Assembly (NCBI GenBank): GCA_964019335.1
Contig: OZ025709.1
Span: 186,001-250,000, forward strand
DNA: 64,000 nucleotides
Direction: 5' to 3'
From: Diplonema japonicum
Taxonomy: Eukaryota; Protista; Euglenozoa: Diplonemea
Shown: positions 10,935 through 21,560 of the stretch, piece after piece
Numbering within the stretch: position 1 is the first letter of the stretch
How the letters are laid out: each line of letters begins with the position of its first letter
The notes under the pieces: generated by a model
What the model was told of the DNA's origin: nothing
The model's database searches: none
What the model saw: only the letters and a program-made list of their open reading frames with translations
Translations under genes and position numbers: made by a program

Positions 10935-11894
10935 TCAAACAAGCAGGAACAAGTTGTGGTTGATGAGTGCTGTGCGGTATGCCCGGAGCACCGCAGGGGT
11001 CCTGGACTCTGGAGGGATCGTTTTGAAAAGACGCACAACCTTGTCCCGACAAGAGGGTACGGTGCTGTAGAGATACAGCAAGGCCTCGCAGTGGCGGTGC
11101 GAATCAACAGCAGCGGCGAGACGGTGGGCCTCCGCAACCTTCGCATAGCCAGGGTAAGGAGAGGTGATGAGATAGCTAATCAGGTGCGGGACGCACCGTA
11201 TCATAGGAAGAGAATGCGAGGTAATTTCCCGCAGGGCTTGGGGGTACTGCCCTGTGGACACAAGCGCCTTGAAGCGAGAGAAGAGAAGCTTTCTATCAGG
11301 ATTAGAAACAGAGTACTGCGCGTAGTTTATGTCCACCAGTTCTACGTCATGCAGTGTGGTGCAGCGTCGGTACAGGGCCGTCGCAAGGCTGTTGGTGTAG
11401 TCCTTCCCTCTTGTTATGATATATTGTATGACAATGGAAAGGCCTTCTTGAACGTTGTCGCAGGCAGGTAAAATACTGACGACTAAAGGTGTACCGGGGT
11501 CTTCGACCTCGCGAAAGATTAGTTTTGCTGCGACCTTTTCGTTGTGCTGCATGAGCTGCCTGACGGCCACTGTGTGGGTGTGGACGGTGGGGGAGAGGTT
11601 CAGATCTTTCATGGTTTGCAGTCTCCTTTCTAGGTCGTATAAGGATTTGCAGGATTTTAGCAGGGCATTGATGACAAAGATGTTTTCTTGAACACCGTCC
11701 TCATGCATCCAGTCCTCCACTGTGCGCATGGACTCTATGTCCCCCGACCTGCCTAGGCTTGCCAGCGTCGCACCGTACGCAGCTACGCCAACGTTTCCCT
11801 TCCCCCTGTGGCGGTAGTTGTGCAGTGCCTCCACCTGGTCGCTTGTCAGCCGTTTCACGTATTTTGTGAAGGTTACTTCGCGGGGGCATCGCAT
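10935..11894 (-). CDS. Pentatricopeptide-repeat-like protein (319 aa), possibly organellar RNA binding
   Basis: ATG follows an A-tract at 11894; the upstream ORF extension is homopolymer read-through. PPR-like motifs AAYGATLASLGRSGDIESM..WMHEDGVQENIFVINALL and MKDLNLSPTVHTHTVAV. Confidence 0.7.
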   Translation of the reverse strand: MRCPREVTFTKYVKRLTSDQVEALHNYRHRGKGNVGVAAYGATLASLGRSGDIESMRTVEDWMHEDGVQENIFVINALLKSCKSLYDLERRLQTMKDLNLSPTVHTHTVAVRQLMQHNEKVAAKLIFREVEDPGTPLVVSILPACDNVQEGLSIVIQYIITRGKDYTNSLATALYRRCTTLHDVELVDINYAQYSVSNPDRKLLFSRFKALVSTGQYPQALREITSHSLPMIRCVPHLISYLITSPYPGYAKVAEAHRLAAAVDSHRHCEALLYLYSTVPSCRDKVVRLFKTIPPESRTPAVLRAYRTALINHNLFLLV

Positions 11895-11964
11895 TTTTTT
11901 TTGTTTTTGTTTTTTTTTTTTTTTTCCCGCTTTAAAAAAATTTTTTCTTGTATAGAAATAACCA

Positions 11965-12000
<36 letters not shown>

Positions 12001-12841
12001 CCAGGTAAGAGAAACGATGGGACCAAAAAAAAAAAAAAAAAAGAGGCATTTAAAGAAAAAAATGGGGGGAGGAGAGGGAAGATTATATTTACCCAACAAA
12101 AAAAAAAATTACCGGCTACTTTTTTTTTTTTTTTTTTCTTTCTTTCTTGAGTCACTCACTGCTGCTTTTTTTTTTTTTTGGAGCATTTGGCTTACACGAC
12201 AATGATTCTCTCATCACTCTTTTTGACTTTTTGGTTGTTCTTTTTTTTCTCTTTTTTTTTTTCTTTCTCTTTTTGGTGATAAACTACAGATTTTTTTATT
12301 TATGATGGCCCCGAGCAGTGTAAATTATGAGGCTGTGATGAAAATGGCAGTCGGAAAAGTGGGATCAATTTAGGCTTAAAAACCGGAGGAAACTCGTTTT
12401 TTTTTTCCTTTTTTTTCTTCCCTTCTAGTTTTTGGGTTTGACAAGAAGAAATACCTGAAAATTGGAGGTTCTCCGGGCTTTTGACCGCTCCACCAGCTCT
12501 TTTAAGCGCGTAGTAAGTAAAAAAAAAAAATAAAAATAAAAAAAACAAGAAGAAAGTTAACTTTAATAAAAGAAAAAAAAGGGGGGGGTAACCTTACCCC
12601 CCCCAAAAGAAAGTACTAAAAATTCACTTATTTACCTTCAAAAAAAAAACGTCGAAAAACTCACTTAATACTGCCAAAAATGGGGTTCTAAGGCTGAGCA
12701 GGGCTGTAAATAATAGCTTAGAACGAAGAAAAAAAAGGGGGGGGAAAGGGGTGCATTTTTTTTTTTTTTTTTGCCTTCTGGCTTCAATGCCTGCCCTTCT
12801 TTGCGCACAAGACGATTTCCACCCCCCAGACCTCGAAAATC

Positions 12842-12884
<43 letters not shown>

Positions 12885-12989
12885 GTATTAAGTGAATTAC
12901 CCTATAAAAGGGTATGAAAGAGGAGGGATGGTAAGAGGGGAGGGGAGACGCACCTCTATTTACTTCAAAAACGAAAGAAAATTCGGGCT

Positions 12990-13229
12990 GAACATCGCTC
13001 CAGTGTACCCTAAGTACAAGGGGTGGGGGTGTTTGTAGACAAACGACACATTGGAGTGGGTTCCAACCTGTGCGGCACCACCTCCCAGACACGGCGTGCC
13101 TGGTCCCCGTTTCCTCGCGGTAGGGGGGGGGAGGCATCTTTTTCTTTTGCCGAAGCCAAATGCGATCCATTTTTGAAAGGTTTGCCTTATTCCTGTCTCT
13201 GCCGAGCACCGTCAAAGGTCTTGCTGCCC
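12990..13229. repeat. Dispersed repeat, copy 2 (partner at 469-726)
   Basis: 66-bp perfect identity plus collinear blocks shared with 469-726. Confidence 0.85.
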
Positions 13230-13601
13230 TTTGAAAAAAGAAGAATGACCTTTGTTGCTTCTCAACCGCTATGTTTAAGAAACAGTAATGTAATGGTCAT
13301 CAAGGGAAGGGGGAGATAGGAAGGTAAAATACACGGGAGGCTGTGGCACAACATACAGATCACGAAAAAAAACACGGGGGGGGGGGGGGGGTGAGTTTAA
13401 TAGTAACTAATTTAGAAAATAAATAAAAAAGAAGAAAGAAGAAAGAAGAAAAGACAGGACAGGACACCCCCTTTTTTTTTAAAAAAAATAGTTTCACCCC
13501 ATCAACTTGCAGTTAAACACCAGACCATAAATGTCTTCAAATCGATTTTATAATTTTTTTTTTTAAATCCTCCCCCATCCCTTTGTTCAAAATTGCATTC
13601 T

Positions 13602-13632
<31 letters not shown>

Positions 13633-13875
13633 CTTTTGTCAATATCATTTCTGACAACAGCAACAACAACAACAAAAAAAAAAATATCTTTGAAGGGAAC
13701 CTGCAGTATGTGACAAGATCGCCTAAAAAAAAAAACTTTATTGATTGTTGGGAGCGCTCCGTTTTATACGCATGGCCGGTATTCTTTTTTTTTACCCCCC
13801 CTTTTTTTTTAACCGAATAATATAATTCATCCCCGTCCCTATAACAATTAGTTTGTTTTACTAGCTTCACCCCGT

Positions 13876-16872
13876 TCAAGTACTTTTTTTGGACACTTGC
13901 CTCTCCACAAGCCTGGTCTCCAGCTCCGAGACCTTTAACTGCGCTTCCGAAAGCGCTTTCTTGATATCAACTGTGGAGACTAATTCCTCCTCAGGCTGCT
14001 TAAGGACCTCCAAAACAGGGCTGGGTGGCGTTACCTTATTAAGCCTTGCTTCCAAAGCAGAAAGACGGCTCTCAAGAACAGTAAAGGACGAAGTACTGGC
14101 AGGGGCTGGCTGACCACGACACCGCTTGACGTGTACCGCAAGGCTTTGCTGATTGACAGCACGGTACCCACAAGTGAGGCAGGTGCTGGAGGTAGTTCGA
14201 GGGGTCTTTTTGGAGTGGTGGTGCCGACGCAGATTTTCTCTCGCAGCACCAAGGGCGGCCTCGACTCCTTTACGCTTCTCAGCAAGCTCCTCGGTTTCCT
14301 TGTCGTGCTCCTTTGCGCGAAGGACCGCGCATATGCCGATGTGCTTTTCGACCACTCGTGCGGAATAGCTTCTTTCGCAGTGTTTGCATTTCACCTTTGC
14401 TAACGATTCTCGTTTCGTGGCGGGTGGGTCGTGTTTGATATCGTCGAGGGTTCCTTCGGAGCATCTCCTGCCGCCCGGTCGTTTATCCTTTGCCTCCTCC
14501 GGCTGCCGTTGATCCGAGATGTTGAACACGGGGCGTTTTTTCAGCTTCCCCTTCTTGCAGATCCCTTCGTGGACGGAGATCCTTGTGGCGTCGAACATCC
14601 TCCCGCAGCTCTCGCACTTCACACGCTGCGTGGCCTGCGGGGGGACCGGTGGGTGCTTGGCACTTTCTTCCACTGCAACACACTTCGCACACGCAGATGT
14701 CACTGCGTCGCAAAGACCACCGCACTCTTTACAGTACCGCACAACGGGGCGTAGCGGGGGTTGTGGTTTCCTCTCTTCCTCGTCTTTAGGAGGTGGCTGC
14801 GGCTGCGGTGGTGCCGGCGGCTCTGGAAGCGGTGGGCTTTCGGAACACTTCATACATAACGACACAACCAGCCCAGGCTCGCAGGGCTCGCCACATTGCG
14901 CACACTGCGAGATTTGTGTTTCAAGTGGTTGTGTAGAGGGCTCCGTGTGGATGCTGTCCTGTCCATCTACATCCAACTGCACGCAATCTTTGCAAAACTT
15001 CATCATGTGGTGTTGGTGTCCAGGTAGGGGTTCGAAGATGGTGTCACAGAGTTCGCACTTGACGCCTGGGGTGCCTTGAGAGGCTTGCTCAGAAAGCTCC
15101 GTCTGGACGCAGTTTCTGCACAGCTTGGTGACGTGGCCGAAGATTCTCGAAACCTCGAACACCCGTTTGCAGCGTTCGCAGTCCACGCGAGTCATTGATT
15201 GGTCGGACTGCCGCCCGCCTTCAAGGGACTGCTCTGACAGCTCTGTTTGCACGCAGTCCCTGCAGAAGCGTGTTGCGTGGCCAAGGGCCCGTGAGGCCTC
15301 GAAGCCCCGTCCGCATCGTTCGCAGGTCACACGCGTCGTGGCGCTGTTCGAAGAGGCCTCGCACGGGTCTTTGGTTTCTTCAGACCGCTCCGTCAGGATG
15401 CAGTCTTTGCAGAACCGTGAACCCCGTCCCTTGAGACCCCTTGCGCACCGCTCGCAGTTGACCTGCACGTCCTCGTCGCACGCATCGGCTTGCATGCAAG
15501 TCCTGCAGAATTTTGTAACTCGTCCGAAGACCCGTGAAGCTTCAAACAACTGCCCGCACCATTCGCACCGTTTGCGCATCATGGTCTGGTCGGGGGGGGT
15601 AGGTGAGTGCGTCCTGCTGTCTGGGTCGCTTTGTTCGGGTGGATAACTATCTGACTGGACGCAGTCGCTGCAACGCTTAGCAACGCAGCCCGATTGTCTC
15701 GAGGTTTCGAACGCCCGCCCGCATCGCTCGCAGTCCGCACACACTGTGCTTTGGTCGCCGCTGTTCGAGCCTTGCGTGTGGTCTTGGCATGGTTTTGACG
15801 CGTCACCCAGGAGCCCCCGCCCGCACGGTTCGCCGCCTTGCTCCGTTTGGACGCAGTCCTTGCAGAGCCGCGTAGCGTGGCCGAAGGCCCGGGAGGCCTC
15901 GAACTCTCGCCCGCACTGCTCGCAGGTCGCACAGGTCATCGCCGTGCTGCCTGTGCTTCGTTCGGATAGTTCAGCCCGTGCGCAGTCTTCACAGTGTTTC
16001 AAACCGAGCCTCATACCAGACAAACCACATCGTTCGCAGTTAGTGAGCTTGCTGCTCTGCCCCTCCTCAACACCGTGCCCGCATTCTTTACAAAACCTCG
16101 CAAGGTGGTCGAAGATAGACCCGCAATGCTGGCAGGCAACGGATAGGAGCATGGGTTGCTTGTGTAGCTCGGCTCCACAGTCTTTACAGAACTTCGCGTT
16201 GGTTCTATCGGTGGTGGCGAGGCACTTCACGCAGGTGAGGGTGGTGCCGGACCCGTAGGGGGGGATGGGGACAAGGGGTTGCTGCTGCTCGTCAGAATCA
16301 TCGATTTCCTGGACGACTAAAGCAGCAGTGGCATCGCCACAGAGGGAGTCAAACACGAGCCCTGCGCGGGACGGGGCGGAGAGATCGATCTCAGAGTCGA
16401 GCGATGTTGCGGAAGAGCAGCAAGAGAGGGAATGGGCAGACGGCGTTGCTGGCATAGGGACGACGGCTAACCCGCCTGCGGACCATTGCCTGTCGTCGCT
16501 TTCCTCGTACTGGACGATGTCTTCTAGGGGCGTGGTAGGGGTGCCAGTCTTGAAGAGAATAGGTGTTGTGAGCACAGACCCGCAGTCGTTGCATGCTCTC
16601 ACAGACCCGCAGTATTCGACAGCTTTGCATGACGGGCAGCTCCGTCCCTCCGATGTGCCTCCGCTGGCGGACATTTTTCGAACGGCGTTCTGAGCCCCGC
16701 CGACGACTGCACCCTCGACCCGTGCCTTGCTGTGGCACTGGCTCATGTGCCGCAGCAACACATTATGCATGAAGTGCTCCCCACATCTGTCACAGGGAAC
16801 CGATTCAACAATGTTGTTGTTGTTGCTGTCTGCAGCTGCGGTGTCATCTTGCGCAGGCGATGGCTCCGCCAT
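13876..16872 (-). CDS. Multi-zinc-ribbon (CxxC..CxxC) protein with C2HC fingers and C-terminal coiled coil
   Basis: More than a dozen CxxC-xn-CxxC units (CERCGRxFExSRxxGHxTRFCxDC), C2HC fingers (e.g. CESCGRMF..HEGIC) and a heptad-like tail. Start taken at MAEPSP after the A-tract. Confidence 0.85.
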   Translation of the reverse strand: MAEPSPAQDDTAAADSNNNNIVESVPCDRCGEHFMHNVLLRHMSQCHSKARVEGAVVGGAQNAVRKMSASGGTSEGRSCPSCKAVEYCGSVRACNDCGSVLTTPILFKTGTPTTPLEDIVQYEESDDRQWSAGGLAVVPMPATPSAHSLSCCSSATSLDSEIDLSAPSRAGLVFDSLCGDATAALVVQEIDDSDEQQQPLVPIPPYGSGTTLTCVKCLATTDRTNAKFCKDCGAELHKQPMLLSVACQHCGSIFDHLARFCKECGHGVEEGQSSKLTNCERCGLSGMRLGLKHCEDCARAELSERSTGSTAMTCATCEQCGREFEASRAFGHATRLCKDCVQTEQGGEPCGRGLLGDASKPCQDHTQGSNSGDQSTVCADCERCGRAFETSRQSGCVAKRCSDCVQSDSYPPEQSDPDSRTHSPTPPDQTMMRKRCEWCGQLFEASRVFGRVTKFCRTCMQADACDEDVQVNCERCARGLKGRGSRFCKDCILTERSEETKDPCEASSNSATTRVTCERCGRGFEASRALGHATRFCRDCVQTELSEQSLEGGRQSDQSMTRVDCERCKRVFEVSRIFGHVTKLCRNCVQTELSEQASQGTPGVKCELCDTIFEPLPGHQHHMMKFCKDCVQLDVDGQDSIHTEPSTQPLETQISQCAQCGEPCEPGLVVSLCMKCSESPPLPEPPAPPQPQPPPKDEEERKPQPPLRPVVRYCKECGGLCDAVTSACAKCVAVEESAKHPPVPPQATQRVKCESCGRMFDATRISVHEGICKKGKLKKRPVFNISDQRQPEEAKDKRPGGRRCSEGTLDDIKHDPPATKRESLAKVKCKHCERSYSARVVEKHIGICAVLRAKEHDKETEELAEKRKGVEAALGAARENLRRHHHSKKTPRTTSSTCLTCGYRAVNQQSLAVHVKRCRGQPAPASTSSFTVLESRLSALEARLNKVTPPSPVLEVLKQPEEELVSTVDIKKALSEAQLKVSELETRLVERQVSKKST

Positions 16873-16986
16873 TATGACATTCTCTTTTTTTTTTTTCTTT
16901 TTTTTTTCCCTCACGCTGTATGAATAGGTTATAAGGGGGTCTATCCACACTTTTCATTTTTTTTAAAAAAAAAAAAAAAAAGAGAA

Positions 16987-17427
16987 TCACACAGGGTGAT
17001 CTATGTTCTCTGCAGGCATTCTCTCCCCTTGGCGAACGCTCACAGAAGCTTTGGAGACAAGTTGCAGCAGCTGTACTTGGAATAAGAATATCAACACATC
17101 CACCGAAAAGATTCTCAGAGCCGTCACGGTGTCTTCCGACCGAAAAAAGGAGACAATCGGGTGCCCCGAGCCTTCAGACGTTGCCAGCAGGTACCGCAGG
17201 AAAGCGATGAACCCCGGAAGGGTGACAGCAGCGAGAAGGAATGTGTTCACCTTTTCAATGCTATACAAAGTCTTCAGCGGCTCCGCCACCACTATCTGCA
17301 TGAACATGCACCTGCACCCCAATGTAAACAAACTTCCGTTTAAAAAGTAGCTGAAGACGGCTTCCACCGCTAGTATCTGGGAAACAACATTCACTTTCTC
17401 ATCTTTCGGTTTCAGGGTTAGCTTCAT
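16987..17427 (-). CDS. Small membrane protein, DUF1746 / Dsc4-N-like
   Basis: Hydrophobic segments; SYFLNGSLFTLGCRCMFMQ and SVDVLIFLFQ resemble the DUF1746 pattern as recalled. Start MKLTLKP at 17427. Confidence 0.5.
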   Translation of the reverse strand: MKLTLKPKDEKVNVVSQILAVEAVFSYFLNGSLFTLGCRCMFMQIVVAEPLKTLYSIEKVNTFLLAAVTLPGFIAFLRYLLATSEGSGHPIVSFFRSEDTVTALRIFSVDVLIFLFQVQLLQLVSKASVSVRQGERMPAENIDHPV

Positions 17428-17996
17428 AAAAAGGACCCTGAGTGGCGGTTTTTTCTTTTTTTTTTTTTTTCTTTTATGAAAGGCGAAGAAGGCAAAGAAG
17501 AAGAAACAAAAAAGATAAAGCACAAAAAGAAAAAAGGAGGGAATAAAAAAAAATTCGATTTTTAAAATTTTTTAAAAAAAGGGGGGAGGAGGGGGGGGGT
17601 ACAAGTGAACGGGGGTTCGACAAACAACAACATGGAGGGGAAAGAAAGAAAGAAAAAAAAGGCCGGGGGGGGGGGGGGGCAAAAGAGAAAAAAAAAGAGA
17701 AACCAAGGCACTGCTCTAGATTTTCATAAGGTGGGTGGAAGGCAGGGGGAGGAGGAGGAGGGGCGTCGGGAACTATTTATTCTTTTTTTTTTTTAAAAAA
17801 AATACCTCTCCTCTCTTTTTTTTATTTTTTGTTCTTCTTTTTTTTTTTTCTTAACTCTTAAAAAAAAAAAGAATTTTACAACACGGAGTGAGGGAGGGAG
17901 AGAAGCGGGAGGGAAAAACATGGGGTTTAAAAAAAAAAAAATACATACAAAAAAAAAAAAAAAAAAAAAAACCTCTCCCCCCCTCTCCCCCGCTTT

Positions 17997-20873
17997 CTAA
18001 CACCTTTCGAAGTTTGCACTATGAATCACCGACCCCGATCGTTGTCGTGAACGTGAAGAACGCCTGTGTGCGTGTGTTGCAAAAAAAAAAAAAAAACTTT
18101 TTTTTTTCCCATACTTTTTCTTAGGGCTTTTCTTCTTCTTCCTTGCAGGGCTGGGGGTGTTCATATGTTTCAAACCAGTAACATGCGGAGAAGGCCGAGC
18201 ACGCAGGGGAGACTGGTAAGGAGGTGCAACGGGCAACGCAGCACCAGAGTCCCACGACGCCCTTTTACGTAACGAAGAGCAGGTGTGAAACTGGTGATGT
18301 GAATGCGGAACAGAACGAGACCGAGACCTCGAGACAGATCGGGAGGCGGACCTGGGCCTTGGAGAGGCTCTTCTAGGCGGAGACACATTCATGATTTTTT
18401 TGGGAGATTTCGTTCGTACGTCACGTTCCTTCTCGATGTCCAAAGATCTGATGAGGTGCTCAACAAGCTCCGTGTCTGTGAGCTGCCTTGAATCGAATCT
18501 AAACCGCACATTTCTCATGTCTTCTGTTGCAGCTCTGATGGAACAAATTCCCTCCACTGGAACACCGGCAACATGTGTCACCCGTCGCCCGACGAATTTC
18601 TCCCCACCACATACGCTCGCAGGCGCGCCTCTGACGACCTCTATCAAAATGTTCCCCCGCCACGTCATCCCCAATATTTCTCCTATTTTTTTGTGAACCA
18701 GCAACTCATCGTCCTTCCCGTCGTCGTCGTTGGTGTTGTTGTTCTTAAGAGGTGTTGTACTGTTGGATGGGACCCACTCTCTTGGGGAGTCCAACGCGGG
18801 TTCGGAATTCCATGCTGCGGGGATGTGTATGCTCTGGGTGCGCTGTTGCAGGACCTTTTCCTTTGGTTGCGAAAGGCTCGTCGCGGAACCAACAAGCGAC
18901 ACATCAGGAACAGCCATTGATGGTTGTTCCACTTGTCGCTCCTCCTTTTGCGTTATCGTAGCTGATGACGGAGTCAACGACACTTCCTTAGCTTGCGACA
19001 CGCTCGACGATTTTTCGATCAACAGGGGCGGTGACGTCCCTGGTAGGCTCGCGGAGGGAGGCGTGGCCGTTGCTTCACTAGGAGGCTGTGTTCTCAGCGG
19101 TGTCAGCTCCCCGACAGCGTCATTCTGCGGAATCCAATCCCTCGGCGAATCGATAAACGCCCGACCGTTCTGCTGATGAAAATGCAAATCGGGTGTTTTT
19201 TCCGAATACGGCGACCTCGGTAAATCAAGATTCGTGATTTTCTGATCGTACGCATCACGCGGCGAGGCAAGCGGTTTCTCGTTTCCACCACCAGTGTGAT
19301 AAGATCCAGGGTAGTGGCGACACACATTCGGCGGTCGTGAACGAAGGGGGGAATGCCATTCCGACTGGTTCGGAGGCAGCGGGGACAATTTCTGACTAAC
19401 ACTGCTGATCAAGCTGTCCCTCTCGCGAGGGGTGTGTAACGGCGTTCGTTCCGGCCTAACCGGCGGCGTGCTGTCCGCCCGCATAACAGACTTCACATCA
19501 TCATACGTTAATAAATTGGGCAGTAACCTCGACACCTCCCACCTGTTCTCTTTTGGGTAAAACACATAACACGTGCACTCTGATAAAACCGGAAGCACAA
19601 TAGCATCTTTCCCAGGAAGGTGTACAGCGGGCACCGACGACATAGGTGTGGGAGCTCCGTGAAGATCAGGTATGTGCGACCATTCCCCTCCACCAGTAAG
19701 GTTCAGCGTCCAACAATCGCCGAGCTGAGTAGAAGCCTGTTCACCAGACCATATGAAAAGCCCGCTGGAAAACGATGCTGCCGAGTGCAACGCGCGTGGG
19801 TAGGGTACGGTTAGTTCCGACGGTTTGTACGCCTTCTCCGCTGTGGTGTACTCGGAATGAGGAATCGGTTTGTACCCAAACGGCGTTTCGCTGCCAGAAC
19901 GAGATTCGATGACGACTACCTCCCCTGTCTCTTTTATCTGGTACCGCTTATTGAGGTCCTTCATCTCGAGAAGCTTGCTTCTTGGTAGGGTGTCACCCGG
20001 AACGATCTTCGCAGCGGGAATTGTTCGTGCGTAGTTTGCCGGGAACCATCCTTTTTCCTCGGGTCGTACGAACCCGCGGTACCATCCCTTCATTTTGTGC
20101 TGGATGTCTTTTCCAGATAAGACGGATATTATATCACCCTGAGCGATGGGAATTTGTTCGTTTCGCTTGTCGGTGGATGGTTTCGGGGTGAACGTGTGCA
20201 TGGCTTCCATGACTTCAACACGGTCGGAGATGTCCTCGTACGAGATGACCCGACCCTCCCCAGTGGTGACGTTGTAAAAATAAAGCTTGTTTGAGCTTTG
20301 TTCGCTTCCGTTGATTCCTCCAAACACGATTACATAAGCAGAGGCATCTGTTACCCAAGGGACCATAGATAGTCCCCATAACGGGCTAAAATTTGGGACG
20401 TCCGAAGCGGTCCAGATCAAGGTTTCAAGATCTAACATGTGAATTTTCGATGTGATTTGGGTGTCGCCAAGAGGGTAGCCGCCAAATACAAAAAGTTTTC
20501 CTTGAACAACTGAAGAGGCGTGATAGCATCGGCTTGGAGGGACTTGTCCAGTTGTGGATGTTAACCGCCATTCCATGGTGGATAGGTTCAGAACTGGGAG
20601 GCAGTACCGTTGTTCAGAAGTGACTACTTTAACCAAGCCTTGGACGATGTACATTTCACCCTTGTAGACATCTGCCGTGTGGTAGGCTTGTTCTGTTGGT
20701 GTTTCGCCTTTTGTTTCAACTTCTCTAATACCGCCTTCGCCTGTTGAAATGTTTATTAAGTACACGCTCTTTATCAGCGTTTTCAGATCCCGTCGCATGC
20801 CGCCGAAAACGACTACTTTCCCCTCCCATTCTACCCCGGAGTACCCCTCAAGCTGTAGCTCTTTTGGTGCCAT
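17997..20873 (-). CDS. Kelch-repeat protein with inserted SH3 domain, low-complexity middle and PDZ-like domain; join(18115..20873,17997..18063)
   Basis: Kelch motifs (VVFGG, PPSRCYHAS..LFVFGG, PRALHSA), SH3 (EAMHTF..QGDIISV..GWYRG..GWFPANY), PDZ-like LGMTWRG..GAPA..VGRRVTHVAGVPV; 51-nt intron near the 3' end. Confidence 0.85.
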   Translation of the reverse strand: MAPKELQLEGYSGVEWEGKVVVFGGMRRDLKTLIKSVYLINISTGEGGIREVETKGETPTEQAYHTADVYKGEMYIVQGLVKVVTSEQRYCLPVLNLSTMEWRLTSTTGQVPPSRCYHASSVVQGKLFVFGGYPLGDTQITSKIHMLDLETLIWTASDVPNFSPLWGLSMVPWVTDASAYVIVFGGINGSEQSSNKLYFYNVTTGEGRVISYEDISDRVEVMEAMHTFTPKPSTDKRNEQIPIAQGDIISVLSGKDIQHKMKGWYRGFVRPEEKGWFPANYARTIPAAKIVPGDTLPRSKLLEMKDLNKRYQIKETGEVVVIESRSGSETPFGYKPIPHSEYTTAEKAYKPSELTVPYPRALHSAASFSSGLFIWSGEQASTQLGDCWTLNLTGGGEWSHIPDLHGAPTPMSSVPAVHLPGKDAIVLPVLSECTCYVFYPKENRWEVSRLLPNLLTYDDVKSVMRADSTPPVRPERTPLHTPRERDSLISSVSQKLSPLPPNQSEWHSPLRSRPPNVCRHYPGSYHTGGGNEKPLASPRDAYDQKITNLDLPRSPYSEKTPDLHFHQQNGRAFIDSPRDWIPQNDAVGELTPLRTQPPSEATATPPSASLPGTSPPLLIEKSSSVSQAKEVSLTPSSATITQKEERQVEQPSMAVPDVSLVGSATSLSQPKEKVLQQRTQSIHIPAAWNSEPALDSPREWVPSNSTTPLKNNNTNDDDGKDDELLVHKKIGEILGMTWRGNILIEVVRGAPASVCGGEKFVGRRVTHVAGVPVEGICSIRAATEDMRNVRFRFDSRQLTDTELVEHLIRSLDIEKERDVRTKSPKKIMNVSPPRRASPRPRSASRSVSRSRSRSVPHSHHQFHTCSSLRKRASWDSGAALPVAPPYQSPLRARPSPHVTGLKHMNTPSPARKKKKSPKKKYGKKKSFFFFFATHAHRRSSRSRQRSGSVIHSANFERC
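18064..18114 (-). other. Predicted spliceosomal intron, 51 nt (GTATGG...CACAG), in frame
   Basis: Removes YGKKKSFFFFFATHAH homopolymer read-through. Donor is identical to those of the MMPL introns. Confidence 0.75.
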
Positions 20874-21190
20874 TTTCTTTTTTTTTTTTTTTTTTTTATT
20901 ATTTCTTTCTTATTGCATTGTTTTCTTCTTTTTTTTTCTCGAGAGAGGGGGGGGGGGGGGGGGGCTTTTTCCTGTGTTGAATTTTTAAAAAAAAAGGGGG
21001 GGTTTAAGTTTACGCGTTTGGTTTGGTTTTTCAAAAAAAAATATATATAAAGGGGGTATAAAAACGACATGAAAAATGTAAAAAAAGAGAGAGAGAGGGA
21101 AAAAAAAAAAAGAAATCGGGCAGTCAAAGGAAGGTTCTGCGGTTAAAGGTTAGTAAGAATGCAACAGAAAATAAAATAAAATAAAAAGGG

Positions 21191-21234
<44 letters not shown>

Positions 21235-21443
21235 GTGTGCTTTTTTTTTTGTTTTTTTTTTCTTGTTTAAAAAATTCTTTTTTTTTTTATATTTCTCTCT
21301 CTGGTTTCTTCCTTGCTCAAGGACAAGGGGGAATAAAATAAAAAAAATAAAAAAAAATAAAAAATAAAAAAAGATGAAAAGGAACGGCTTCGTCCCGGGA
21401 AACACTTTTCTTTCCCCCCCCCCTTCCCTTCTCCGCTTCTAGT

Positions 21444-21517
21444 TCACGCGTGTGTAGCCTCCCGAATAGTACTTTTCACTTTACTAGCCAAATGTTCAGA
21501 TGTCTGAGCGAGTTCCA

Positions 21518-21560
<43 letters not shown>

